NCBI GenBank assembly: GCA_040755455.1
Contig: JBFMAY010000004.1
Location: 32,001 to 96,000 of the forward strand
Origin: Thermodesulfobacteriota bacterium
GTDB taxonomy: Bacteria; Desulfobacterota; Desulfobulbia; Desulfobulbales; SURF-16
Direction: 5' to 3'
Length of the DNA stretch: 64,000 nucleotides
The notes under the pieces are model-generated. The model was not told the DNA's origin, did not search any database, and saw nothing but the letters and a program-made list of their open reading frames with translations. Positions 1 through 9,819 of this stretch are shown piece after piece; positions within the stretch are counted from its first letter, which is position 1, and each line of letters starts with the position of its first letter. Position numbers and translations under genes: made by a program.

Positions 1-1
1 C

Positions 2-982
2 GGTGTCGGCAAAACAGTGCTGATCACAGAAATGATCAATAATATGGTGGGTCTCTATGAGGGGGTCAGTCTCTTCTGCGGTATCGGGGAGCGCTGCCGG
101 GAGGCGGAAGAACTGTATCGGGAAATGGCGCATGCCGGCGTGCTGAAAAAAACAGCCATGATTTTCGGTCAGATGAACGAACCACCGGGTGCCCGTTTTA
201 AAGTTGGCCACGCCGCCCTGACCCTGGCAGAATTTTTCCGCGATACCAAAAGACAGGATGTCCTGCTGCTTATTGACAATATCTTCCGTTTCATCCAGGC
301 AGGGTCCGAGGTATCAGGCCTGATGGGCCGCCTCCCCTCCCACGTCGGCTACCAGCCGACCCTGGCCACGGAACTGGCTGAACTGGAGGAGCGTATCTGC
401 TCAACCACCAGCGGCTCCATTACATCTGTTCAGGCGGTTTACGTACCGGCCGACGATTTCACCGATCCGGCCGCCTCCCACACATTTGCTCACCTGTCCG
501 CTTCTGTGGTGCTTTCCAGGAAACGGGCCAGCCAGGGATTTTATCCGGCTGTTGATCCCCTTGCCTCAAATTCGAACATGCTGACGCCGGATATCATCTC
601 CCCCAGACATTATGAAGCAGTGCAGGCGGTGCGGCGGGTGCTGTCCGAATATGAGGACCTGAAGGACATCATAGCCATGCTCGGTCTTGAGGAGCTTTCC
701 GAAGCGGATCGGCGAACGGTGGCCATTGCCAGACGCCTGGAACGTTTTTTCTCCCAGCCCTTTTTCACCACAACCCAGTTCACCGGCATGAAAGGCAAGC
801 TGGTTCCCCTGGAAAAAACCATCGAGGGGTGCGAACGTATTTTAAACGGGGAATTTCTGGAGGTGCCGGAGCAGGCCCTGTATATGATCGGCGCAATTGA
901 CGAGGTCGATCTCAGCACGTTCCGGAATATTCAACCCGAGATAGTAAATGACACAACCAGGAACAAGCAGAACCGGCGGTAA
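2..982 (+). CDS. atpD: F1 ATP synthase beta subunit, N-ATPase type (5'-partial)
   Basis: Frame is open from base 2 (GVGKT, end of Walker A). Motifs [49 protein letters not shown]. First gene of the D-C-Q-R-B-E-F-A-G order. Confidence 0.97.
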   Translation, partial: GVGKTVLITEMINNMVGLYEGVSLFCGIGERCREAEELYREMAHAGVLKKTAMIFGQMNEPPGARFKVGHAALTLAEFFRDTKRQDVLLLIDNIFRFIQAGSEVSGLMGRLPSHVGYQPTLATELAELEERICSTTSGSITSVQAVYVPADDFTDPAASHTFAHLSASVVLSRKRASQGFYPAVDPLASNSNMLTPDIISPRHYEAVQAVRRVLSEYEDLKDIIAMLGLEELSEADRRTVAIARRLERFFSQPFFTTTQFTGMKGKLVPLEKTIEGCERILNGEFLEVPEQALYMIGAIDEVDLSTFRNIQPEIVNDTTRNKQNRR

Positions 983-994
983 ACCAAAGACAAT

Positions 995-1408
995 ATGGGG
1001 CAGGCATCTATGAATTCCATTTCGCTCGGCATCTACCTGCCCACCAAGGTTTTCTGGCGGGCTGACACGGTCGGAAAGATCATCGCGGAAGGACTGGAAG
1101 GGTATTTCACCCTGCTGCCCCGCCATGTCGATTATATCTCTGTTCTCGTGCCGGGGATCCTCACGGTGGAAGATAACACCGGCCATACCTTCTACTTTGC
1201 CGTTGATCATGGCTCCCTGGTCAAACTGGGGGGCAAGGTAAACATTTCCACCCGCAACTGCATCCAGGGGAAGGATTTCAGTTCACTGGCCGACATTGTT
1301 GCCACAGAGTTTCATCAGCTCGATGACCTTGAAAAAAAGGCCAGAACCGCCCTTGCCGGTCTGGAACATTCCATGCTCCGCCGTTTTGCGGAACTGAAAA
1401 AAAGATAA
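995..1408 (+). CDS. atpC: ATP synthase epsilon subunit (N-ATPase)
   Basis: EGYFTLLPRH matches the epsilon G-x-LP-x-H motif; lies after atpD. Alternative start ATG at 1010. Confidence 0.9.
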   Translation: MGQASMNSISLGIYLPTKVFWRADTVGKIIAEGLEGYFTLLPRHVDYISVLVPGILTVEDNTGHTFYFAVDHGSLVKLGGKVNISTRNCIQGKDFSSLADIVATEFHQLDDLEKKARTALAGLEHSMLRRFAELKKR

Positions 1409-1413
1409 CCATC

Positions 1414-1743
1414 ATGGCCAAGGAACAGAAGCCGCACAAAGAACATCTCCCTGAAATTGTTGAAAAAAAATATCAAAGGCGGGAGCAGGCCCGGCAGGAA
1501 AAACAAAAACCGATATTTTTCGGCCTCGGCATGTTCGGCACCATAGGCTGGACCGTGGCTCTGCCCACCGTCATCGGCACCTTCATCGGCCGCTGGCTTG
1601 ACGGGCTGCACCTGCTGGACACCCACATTTCCTGGACTCTTACCGGCCTGTTCGGCGGTTTATTTCTCGGTGCGGTTGCGGCCTGGCGCTGGGTAAAAAA
1701 AGAAAGCAGCAGCCCCCGTTATGGAGGGTCAAATGCAGATTGA
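1414..1743 (+). CDS. atpQ: AtpZ/AtpI-family membrane protein (N-ATPase AtpQ)
   Basis: GLGMFGTIGWTVALPT...GRWLD signature, two TM helices, position in operon. Confidence 0.85.
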   Translation: MAKEQKPHKEHLPEIVEKKYQRREQARQEKQKPIFFGLGMFGTIGWTVALPTVIGTFIGRWLDGLHLLDTHISWTLTGLFGGLFLGAVAAWRWVKKESSSPRYGGSNAD

Positions 1744-2035
1744 CCGTTTTATCATTCTCGCTGCCATGACTGTTGTCGGTTTTGCTGTCGGTCTTGTTTA
1801 TTTCCAGGGCCTATGGCTGACATTAAGCAGATACAGCGGCAAAAAAAATTTCAGCTCCAAACTTTTTGTCAGCTTTCTCATCCGCCTGACTCTGGCCATA
1901 GGGGTGTTTTATTATTGCATGCAGGATGACTGGCAGAGACTTATCCTGCTGCTCATCGGCTTCCTGATTGCCCGGCAGGTGATGATTCGCAGACTCGGGG
2001 AGCCAGCCCCTGCTGCCAAACCACCTATGAATTGA
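1733..2035 (+). CDS. atpR: N-ATPase AtpR subunit
   Basis: GLVYFQGLWLT...SFLIR...GFLIAR, with Arg residues in TM helices as in AtpR. GGAGG RBS at 1723-1727 supports ATG 1733. Confidence 0.85.
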   Translation: MQIDRFIILAAMTVVGFAVGLVYFQGLWLTLSRYSGKKNFSSKLFVSFLIRLTLAIGVFYYCMQDDWQRLILLLIGFLIARQVMIRRLGEPAPAAKPPMN

Positions 2036-2039
2036 CGCC

Positions 2040-2780
2040 ATGAAATTTTCACCTGACCAGTTTGTCATTATCGATTGGGGCTGGGGTCAGCTCAATGCCA
2101 CCATTCTCTTTACCTGGTTTGAAATGCTGCTGCTGGTAGCCGGCTCCCGGCTGATCACCAGAAGACTGTCAAACGATGTGACCATCAGCCGCTGGCAGAA
2201 TCTGCTGGAGATCCTTGTCGGCGGCATTGCCCGGCAAATTGAGGAAATCACCGGACAAAAGCCCGAACCTTTTCTGCCCTTTATCGCCACCCTCTTCATC
2301 TTTATCCTGCTCTCCAATCTGCTGTCGGTTGTCCCATTTTATCAGCCCCCCACCGCCTCTCTTTCCACCACCAGCGCCCTGGCGCTCTGCGTTTTTATGG
2401 CCGTGCCCTTTTATGGTCTGTCCACCAGAAGTCTCGGCAGCTATCTCAGGCAATATCTCGAGCCGACAGTTTTCATGCTGCCGTTTAATATCCTCGGTGA
2501 GCTGTCCCGCACCCTGGCCCTGGCTGTCCGTTTATATGGCAACGTCTTGAGCGGTACGATAATCGGCTTTGTTCTCCTCCTCATCGTGCCGTTTTTTTTA
2601 CCCGTTGCCATGGATGCCCTGGGACTCTTGACCGGAACCATTCAGGCATATATTTTTGCGCTGCTGGCCATGGTTTACATCGCCTCGGTATTGAAAATTG
2701 AGGAAATTGAACCATCATCCAGTCGCAATACCGAGATGAATGCCAAGAAAATTTCACAACAAACCCGTCAAACACAATAA
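2040..2780 (+). CDS. atpB: Fo subunit a
   Basis: SRTLALAVRLYGN (essential Arg), PPTASLSTT, IQAYIF; multiple TM helices. Confidence 0.95.
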   Translation: MKFSPDQFVIIDWGWGQLNATILFTWFEMLLLVAGSRLITRRLSNDVTISRWQNLLEILVGGIARQIEEITGQKPEPFLPFIATLFIFILLSNLLSVVPFYQPPTASLSTTSALALCVFMAVPFYGLSTRSLGSYLRQYLEPTVFMLPFNILGELSRTLALAVRLYGNVLSGTIIGFVLLLIVPFFLPVAMDALGLLTGTIQAYIFALLAMVYIASVLKIEEIEPSSSRNTEMNAKKISQQTRQTQ

Positions 2781-2792
2781 AAGGGGGGAAAT

Positions 2793-3071
2793 ATGGGAGC
2801 AATAGAGTTAATCGGAATGATGTCGGTACTGGCAGCCGGCCTGTGCATGGGCCTTGGCGCCCTCGGTCCGGCCATCGGAGAAGGGATGGCCGCTGCGGCA
2901 GCCCTGCGTTCCATTGCGCAGCAGCCGGATGAATCCGGGACAATAACTCGCACGCTGTTTGTCTCCATGGCCATGATTGAATCCACCGGTATCTACTCGC
3001 TTGTCATTGCCATCATCCTGATCTTTGCCAACCCCTTCTGGGATTACGCCGTCAAACATGCTGCGGGTTAA
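2793..3071 (+). CDS. atpE: Fo subunit c with Na+-binding signature
   Basis: GxGxxG helix, AQQP loop, GPAIGEG and IESTGIY. GGGGGA RBS upstream. Confidence 0.96.
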   Translation: MGAIELIGMMSVLAAGLCMGLGALGPAIGEGMAAAAALRSIAQQPDESGTITRTLFVSMAMIESTGIYSLVIAIILIFANPFWDYAVKHAAG

Positions 3072-3074
3072 CCA

Positions 3075-3842
3075 ATGGCCATAGACTGGTTTACCCTTTG
3101 CGCCCAGATCATCAATTTCCTCGTGCTGGTCTGGCTGCTGAAAAAGGTGCTCTATCAACCCGTGCTGCACGCCATGGCAGAGCGACAAGCAAAGATTGCC
3201 GCACGGTTAAACGATGCTGAAGAAAAGGCAGCCCAGGCGGAGTGCGAAAAAAGGGAGTTTCTTGGCCTGCAGCAACAGCTCAAAGCCTCTGCCGCCGATG
3301 AAATGATGCGGGCAAAAAAAGAAGCGGACCAGTTCCGCGACGAACTGGTTGCCGCAATGCGCCGGGAGATCGAGGCAAACCGCGCCCAGTTGCTCGCTTC
3401 CCTTGCCAAGGAAAAGGAATCTTTCTTGAAGGAAACGAGCCTGACGATCGCCAAAGGCTTCCATCGACTGGCGATGAACACCCTGCGCGACCTGGCCGGC
3501 GATGACCTTGAGAAAAGAGTGCTGACGGTTTTTCTCTCGGAACTCGGAAAACTGTCCCCTGGGGACAACGCCCAGATCAGCAGTTTCATAGCCGAGACCG
3601 GTGACCAGGTCACAGTCACCAGCGCCTTTGCCCTCTCCTCTCTTTTAAAGGATGAAATCATAAGAACCCTTGAATCCATGTGGGGGAAAAATCTGATCTG
3701 CCAATTTCTAGTTGACGAGTCCCTGCTGGCCGGAATCCATATCGAGATTGCCGGCAAAAAAATAGAGTGGGACGTGGGAATCTATCTTGAAAAATTTGAA
3801 AAGGAACTTGCCGCCCACCTGGAGCGGGAGAACTTCGCCTAA
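3075..3842 (+). CDS. atpF: Fo subunit b with delta-like C-terminal extension (N-ATPase AtpF)
   Basis: DWFTLCAQIINFLVLVWLLKK N-terminal anchor, coiled coil, OSCP-like C-terminus (VTSAFAL...LLAGI). No separate delta gene in the operon. Confidence 0.9.
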   Translation: MAIDWFTLCAQIINFLVLVWLLKKVLYQPVLHAMAERQAKIAARLNDAEEKAAQAECEKREFLGLQQQLKASAADEMMRAKKEADQFRDELVAAMRREIEANRAQLLASLAKEKESFLKETSLTIAKGFHRLAMNTLRDLAGDDLEKRVLTVFLSELGKLSPGDNAQISSFIAETGDQVTVTSAFALSSLLKDEIIRTLESMWGKNLICQFLVDESLLAGIHIEIAGKKIEWDVGIYLEKFEKELAAHLERENFA

Positions 3843-3857
3843 CCCAATCTGAAAATT

Positions 3858-5378
3858 ATGCTGAAAGCATCGCTTGAAAAAACCCGCATCGCCTTGGAAC
3901 GCACCCTGGACTCCCATGGATTTTCACTGAAAGCCGAGGATGTGGGCCGGATTATGTCAATCACCGGACCGGTTGCCTATGCCAGTGGCCTGAACGGGGT
4001 CACTGCCGAAGAGATGGTGCAGGCCGAGAACGGAACTCTCGGCATCGTTGCCAGTCTGGATCCTGAAAAAGTCGGCATCATCCTGCTGGACACAGGCAAT
4101 TCGCTCAAGGCCGGTCATGAGATCAAAAGGCTCGGAAGGGTGGCCGACGTGGTGGTGGGGGAGGCACTGCTGGGCAGGGTGATTGACGCCACCGGCAAAC
4201 CTCTTGACGACAAGGGAATGATCCCGCATCTAGCCAGACGCCCTCTTGAGCACCCGGCACCGGCAATCATGGATCGCCTGCCGGTGGAAAATCCCCTGGA
4301 AACAGGCATCAAGGTCATTGATGCCCTGATCCCCATCGGCAAAGGGCAGCGGGAACTGATCCTCGGCGACCGCCAGACCGGCAAGACATCCATCGCCCTG
4401 GATGCCATCGCGAACCAGAAGGACAAGGACGTCATCTGCATCTATGCCGCCATCGGGCAACGGGAATCAGCGGTGGCCAAGGTGCTTCATGAACTTGCCG
4501 AGCATGGCGCCATGGCCTATACGGTGTTGGTTGCCTCAAGCGGCCAGGATGCGCCGGGGCTGCAGTTCATCACTCCTTACGCCGCCACCAGCATCGGCGA
4601 ATATTTCATGGGCAAGGGCAGAAATGTTCTCATCGTTTATGATGATCTTACCCGGCACGCCCGTGCCTATCGGGAAATATCTCTTCTGCTGGAAAGATCA
4701 CCGGGCAGAGAGGCCTATCCGGGCGATATCTTTTACATCCATTCCCGGCTGCTGGAAAGAGCAACCCATCTGCGCAGGGACCTGGGCGGCGGCAGTCTGA
4801 CCGCCCTGCCCATTGTTGAAACCGAGGCGCAGAACCTCGCAGCCTATATTCCAACCAATATCATCTCCATCACTGACGGCCAGATCTATCTTTCGCCGGA
4901 TCTCTTCTCCAAGGGCACGCTGCCCGCGGTTGATGTCGGCAAATCAGTTTCCAGAGTTGGCGCAAAGGCCCAGAAAGTTGCCTACCGCGATCTTGTCGGC
5001 CAGCTGCGTCTTGCCTATGCCCAGTTCGAGGAACTTGAAACCTTTGCCCGTTTCGCCACAAGACTTGATGATAATACCAGGAGAGCCCTGGAGCGGGGCA
5101 AGCGGGTCAGGGAAGTGCTTCGGCAGAGCAGATACTCCCCCTTGAAGGACTATGAACAGGTGGCGGTCATGCTGGCCCTCACCGAAGGTCTGCTTGACGC
5201 CATTGACGTCAACAAAATCAAGGCGGCCGAACAAAAAATTACGGATAAAACATTCAGGGACCTCCCCCATATCTGTCAAAAAATCCATCAGGGAGATACA
5301 CTCGCCGACGAGGAGAAAACATCCCTGCTCGCCTCCTGCCGGCAGGCCATTGCCACCCTTACCGGCAATATGGAATAA
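3858..5378 (+). CDS. atpA: F1 ATP synthase alpha subunit
   Basis: [35 protein letters not shown]. Confidence 0.97.
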   Translation: MLKASLEKTRIALERTLDSHGFSLKAEDVGRIMSITGPVAYASGLNGVTAEEMVQAENGTLGIVASLDPEKVGIILLDTGNSLKAGHEIKRLGRVADVVVGEALLGRVIDATGKPLDDKGMIPHLARRPLEHPAPAIMDRLPVENPLETGIKVIDALIPIGKGQRELILGDRQTGKTSIALDAIANQKDKDVICIYAAIGQRESAVAKVLHELAEHGAMAYTVLVASSGQDAPGLQFITPYAATSIGEYFMGKGRNVLIVYDDLTRHARAYREISLLLERSPGREAYPGDIFYIHSRLLERATHLRRDLGGGSLTALPIVETEAQNLAAYIPTNIISITDGQIYLSPDLFSKGTLPAVDVGKSVSRVGAKAQKVAYRDLVGQLRLAYAQFEELETFARFATRLDDNTRRALERGKRVREVLRQSRYSPLKDYEQVAVMLALTEGLLDAIDVNKIKAAEQKITDKTFRDLPHICQKIHQGDTLADEEKTSLLASCRQAIATLTGNME

Positions 5379-5382
5379 AGCC

Positions 5383-6288
5383 ATGGATACCTTACTGACC
5401 CTGGACAAGAGGATAACAACAACAACCAAACTGCAGGGTATCGTCAAAAGCATGAAAACCCTGTCTGCCGTAAATATCCGTCAGTATGAACGTGCACTTG
5501 CCTCGCTGGACACCTTTGCCGAGGTCATAGAACTGGGGCTGCAGACGGCACTCAAGGAAACGTCACTGCCGGGACAAACCACCGCACCCGATCAATTCCC
5601 TAGAGGATTGATCGTCTTCGGTTCGGATCAGGGCCTTTGCGGCAGATTCAATGAACGTCTCGCAGATTTTATCAGGCAGCAGCTTGTCAGCATGGCGATC
5701 ACTGATTTCTCATCCCTCAAACTTTTGGTGATCGGCGCACGAATCGCAGCCCGGCTCGAGGCGGCCGGATTTATTATTGACACACAGTTCTGGGTGCCCG
5801 GCTCCGTCAACGGTATTAATGCCAATATCTACCAGGTGCTTCTCAGCGTGGAGGAGTGGCTTAAAGATCACAAGATATCCCAGGTTGATATCTTCTTTAA
5901 TAAATATGAAAAATCAGCCGTGGCCAGGCCCCATCACCAGGTTTTACTCCCTATTGATAATGAGCATCTGCGATCACTGCGGCAACAGCGATGGCCGGGC
6001 AGATCCCTGCCCTGCTTCCGGGTGCCGGCCCATCAGCTTTTTTCTGGCTTGATCCGCCAGTATCTGTTCGCCAAGCTTTTCCGCAGCCAGGCCGAGTCCC
6101 TGGCCAGTGAACAGGCAAGCCGGCTGAGATCCCTGCAGAATGCGGAAAAAAATATTGAAGAACATATTGAAGAACTGCGAGGCGCATACAGGATAAAACG
6201 GCAGGCAACCATCACCTCGGAATTGCTTGACCTGGTCGCCGGATTCAAAGCGACTGTTCACGGCGATCACAAAACATCCGAGCAGTGA
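5383..6288 (+). CDS. atpG: F1 ATP synthase gamma subunit
   Basis: IVKSMKTLSA, SDQGLCG, ASEQASR, RQATITSEL. True start taken as ATG 5383 just after the atpA stop; the ORF-track extension upstream overlaps atpA. Confidence 0.94.
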   Translation: MDTLLTLDKRITTTTKLQGIVKSMKTLSAVNIRQYERALASLDTFAEVIELGLQTALKETSLPGQTTAPDQFPRGLIVFGSDQGLCGRFNERLADFIRQQLVSMAITDFSSLKLLVIGARIAARLEAAGFIIDTQFWVPGSVNGINANIYQVLLSVEEWLKDHKISQVDIFFNKYEKSAVARPHHQVLLPIDNEHLRSLRQQRWPGRSLPCFRVPAHQLFSGLIRQYLFAKLFRSQAESLASEQASRLRSLQNAEKNIEEHIEELRGAYRIKRQATITSELLDLVAGFKATVHGDHKTSEQ

Positions 6289-6289
6289 C

Positions 6290-7007
6290 GTGCTAAATTT
6301 GCCCGCTTCAACAGAAGCCTTTCACCTATCTTTTATCTGTCCAGAAAAACCCCAGCAAATATTCAACCCAATAAATTGGTTATCAAAAATAAAGCAAGAA
6401 ATTATGCGCAAATCCGCAGTCCTGATCACCATCGCCACTATCATGTCATTACCTGTGTACCACAAGCAACATAACTTATTGAGATATTGCAAAAATAAAA
6501 AACACGAATTGGGACTGAACGCAAAAAAAAAATTTCCCCTCCTTCCTCTATGGTTGCAAAAAACAATAGAATTCTGTTTTCTGCGACAATTTACCACACG
6601 GCAAATTTATCGCTAAGTAGTTATACTGGCGCGAACAAAAATTGAGCATTCATTTTTTTACAAAATCTTTTATAATTTTTGTTAAAAAATGAATTGCTAA
6701 TTTTTTGTTTATTTTTTAAAAATGATAAAAATTTTGGTTAATTACTGTTTTCAATTTTTATTATAACATGTAGTATTAAGCATAGATAAGCACTTCATTC
6801 TGAATCAAAGCAAATAGTGTCAATTTTATTTAGGCGATTTTTTTATTAAAACAGAAAAAACTCAAATTCTAAAAAATGCCGTAGAATTCATCTTTGCACA
6901 GTGAATCACACAGTACCCGGTTCCATTTGTGGACTGGCTCATGGACTTCACTGAGCAAATGTATATTTACGGTATTTAGACAAACAGAAGATGATGAGGG
7001 AGGGATA
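6290..7007 (+). promoter_or_regulatory. Long AT-rich intergenic control region upstream of the cytochrome cluster
   Basis: About 700 bp of A/T tracts with no credible ORF; ends in a GAGGGAGGG RBS before ATG 7008. Confidence 0.6.
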
Positions 7008-8210
7008 ATGAAAAATCATTTAAGCAGATGTGTCTGCCTCTTTCTAATGATTTGGATGGTTTCAACACTGAATGCTCCATCCTTCATTTACGCGGCGGAT
7101 GAAGAAGCATGTAGCGTATGTCACAAGTACCCGGGTTTGGCCAGGATTGATACCCAGACAGGCATGTCACGCTTATTTTACGTCAGCGAAAAGCTATACA
7201 GCAACTCCGTTCATGGTAAAGTGCTGTGCAGAAACTGCCATCTGAATCTTGATGTGATCCCGCACACCGATGCAAAGAAAGTGGACTGTTCCACCAAATG
7301 TCACCTCAAGGAACCATCCACCGACAAGGAATTCTCCCACGGCGCCATTTATGCTGAATTCAACACCAGCATCCATGGCCAGTATACCCCGGAGATGACG
7401 AAAAAATGCACCGAGGATCTGCCGCGCTGCACCGACTGTCATGTGAACACAGTCTACCAGCCCATATCCGACCTCGCGACCATGAAGCCCGGTGTCTCAA
7501 CCGATGCCGTGCGGCGCTGCTTGGGATGCCATGAGAACAAGGAGTGGACCAACCGCTTCTACCAGCATTTCGCCCACAGGATGCACCGGTCAAAGACCGC
7601 TGTTGAGACAGTTAAACTCTGTCTTGCCTGCCACAAGGACGAAAAGAAAATGGCCCGTCACGGTCTGACTGCCACCACCAACTACAAGGATACCTTCCAC
7701 TGGAAAGGCGTCTTGTACGGTGACCCGAACATGCCCGATTGCCTCAGTTGCCATGCGCCGGTAGGCTATACGGTTCACGCCATGAAAACCGGGACCAATC
7801 CCGGCTCGCCTGTTCATAAAAACAATCTGCAGCAGACCTGTGCCAATCTGAACGGCACCCAGATATGTCATCCCAAAGCCACCGAGCAGTTTGCAACCGG
7901 TAAAATCCATCCGACGGGCACCGGATTCGAAAAACAGGTTGCCGCCCATCTCGAGGGAGAAGCAACATTGCAGGATATGGAAAGTCTGCGGCATGAGCGG
8001 CGTTTCCGTGACGTGGCCAGCATGACGGCCGAGGATGCCGACCTCTCCAAAATGGATGAAAAGGAACTTTTTCATCGGAAAGTCTATATGATTGTAAAAT
8101 ATGTCTACACCCTTTTGATCACTGTGGTGATTGGAGGAATGATGGCTCACCAGGTGCTGGATTTCATAAGAATACTCATAAACAAAAGCAGAAATAAACA
8201 TCTGGGATAA
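7008..8210 (+). CDS. Membrane-anchored multiheme cytochrome c (6 CxxCH + CX3CH + CX8CH), CbcA/CbcL c-domain-like
   Basis: Signal peptide; CSVCH, CRNCH, CTDCH, CLGCH, CLACH, CLSCH plus CSTKCH and CANLNGTQICH; C-terminal TM helix (YVYTLLITVVIGGMMAHQVLD). Confidence 0.85.
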   Translation: MKNHLSRCVCLFLMIWMVSTLNAPSFIYAADEEACSVCHKYPGLARIDTQTGMSRLFYVSEKLYSNSVHGKVLCRNCHLNLDVIPHTDAKKVDCSTKCHLKEPSTDKEFSHGAIYAEFNTSIHGQYTPEMTKKCTEDLPRCTDCHVNTVYQPISDLATMKPGVSTDAVRRCLGCHENKEWTNRFYQHFAHRMHRSKTAVETVKLCLACHKDEKKMARHGLTATTNYKDTFHWKGVLYGDPNMPDCLSCHAPVGYTVHAMKTGTNPGSPVHKNNLQQTCANLNGTQICHPKATEQFATGKIHPTGTGFEKQVAAHLEGEATLQDMESLRHERRFRDVASMTAEDADLSKMDEKELFHRKVYMIVKYVYTLLITVVIGGMMAHQVLDFIRILINKSRNKHLG

Positions 8211-8215
8211 CAGCT

Positions 8216-9814
8216 ATGGACTCCGATAAAATAATTGGCAAAAATGGTGAGATGATGCATAACAACGACAACCTCCCCAAGGAAATAGTAAGGCTGAACG
8301 CTTCAGAGCGCCTTCAGCACCTAATAACCTTTGTAACCTTCTTCATCCTGGTAATAACGGGATACATGCTCAAGGTACCTGAGGCATGGATTCTCAAACT
8401 GGGACCATATGGCAATCTCATATTTGAATACCGAGGCCTGATCCACAGAATAGCCGGCGTCATCATGATCATCGGCTCTCTCGATCACGTCCGTTACTGT
8501 CTTTTCACCAAAGATGGGCGATCCTTCATCATGGCCATGATTCCCACCTTAAAGGATGTAACCGATATCATCCAGAATATGGCCTACTATTTCGGACAAC
8601 GGCCTGAACCGCCCGAATTTGAACGTTTCGATTACCGGGAAAAGGCTGAATACCTGGCTCTGGTAGCCGGAACCATCATCATATCCGTGACCGGCATCTT
8701 CCTCTGGACGGAAGTATACTGGAGTAAATTCGTACTGGATCTCTCGATTCTGATTCACGGCATGGAGGCCTGCCTGGCCACCATGGCCATCATTGTATGG
8801 CATTTCTATCAGGTTCACTTCAAACCGGGCCAGTTCCCCATGAGCAGGGTGTGGATAGACGGCAAGATGTCTAACCACCATTTGAAAATAGAACATGGCG
8901 CCATGTACAACCGGCTGGTTGCCGAAGGAAAGCTCGCTCCCGTCGATGAGCACGACCATGGCCATGGCCACGGCAAGAAAACCGGCGGTCAGGCTATCTT
9001 CGAATTCTTGACCTATTGTTCCATAGCTTTCTTTATCGGCGTGATGTTTTTACTGGGCAAGCTTCTCTATTTTCCGCCAACCTATACCGCCAAGGCCAAG
9101 AACTTGCCAACAAACGGCTTTGACAAATTGGTCAAGAGTGAAAGTGAGCAAGAAAAATACCGCGGTCATTTTCATAACATAGACGATAGTATTAACCTGC
9201 ACTTGGCTACGCCCCAGTTCTGTGTGACCTGCCATGGCACCTTACCGCACAGCAAGGCCCCTGATATCAGGTCTTTCCTTAACATGCATAATTATTTCAT
9301 GGCCTGTGAGGTTTGCCATGTCCGTGAGGAAAACTTCTCCGGCAAATTCAACTACATCTGGTTCGACAACATGACGGATCAGAAGATGGATAAAATTGAG
9401 GGTAACAATGGAGTTTACGGTGCACGGCTGATTCCGGTACTCGTATCCGACAGTAAAAGCGGCAGTGAAATTCGCCGCATGGATCAGGCGGAAGATCCGA
9501 ACTTCATTAAATCATTCATTGCCCAGAAGGATATACTGACACCTGAAGAACAGGGTAAGGCCAAAGTCATCATCCATAAGAACATGGCTAAAAAACCTGT
9601 ACAGTGCACGGAATGTCACAGCAGCAAGCAACCCTATATCGATCTGGCGCGTGTTGGCTATTCACAAAAGCGGGCTGAAAGTCTCTACCGGACGGAAGTT
9701 GCCGACATGATTAATAGATACATGCAGTTCTATCTGCCGACCATGTTTGATCCCGATCTGATGAGAAAGCAGAAAGTAAACGAGCTGAAAATGGAGAATC
9801 GTTCCACCGACTAA
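8216..9814 (+). CDS. FdnI/HydC-type cytochrome b fused to a periplasmic triheme cytochrome c domain (putative quinol oxidoreductase)
   Basis: Four TM helices with His ligand positions (RLQH, IHRIAG, IHGME, WHFY), RFDYREKAEY motif, fifth TM helix, then CVTCH, CEVCH, CTECH. Confidence 0.85.
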   Translation: MDSDKIIGKNGEMMHNNDNLPKEIVRLNASERLQHLITFVTFFILVITGYMLKVPEAWILKLGPYGNLIFEYRGLIHRIAGVIMIIGSLDHVRYCLFTKDGRSFIMAMIPTLKDVTDIIQNMAYYFGQRPEPPEFERFDYREKAEYLALVAGTIIISVTGIFLWTEVYWSKFVLDLSILIHGMEACLATMAIIVWHFYQVHFKPGQFPMSRVWIDGKMSNHHLKIEHGAMYNRLVAEGKLAPVDEHDHGHGHGKKTGGQAIFEFLTYCSIAFFIGVMFLLGKLLYFPPTYTAKAKNLPTNGFDKLVKSESEQEKYRGHFHNIDDSINLHLATPQFCVTCHGTLPHSKAPDIRSFLNMHNYFMACEVCHVREENFSGKFNYIWFDNMTDQKMDKIEGNNGVYGARLIPVLVSDSKSGSEIRRMDQAEDPNFIKSFIAQKDILTPEEQGKAKVIIHKNMAKKPVQCTECHSSKQPYIDLARVGYSQKRAESLYRTEVADMINRYMQFYLPTMFDPDLMRKQKVNELKMENRSTD

Positions 9815-9819
9815 GACTA

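Noticed and set aside
6227..6616. 129-aa (+) and 91-aa (-) ORFs after atpG
   Set aside because: They fall in AT-rich intergenic DNA, lack an RBS and have no protein-like features.
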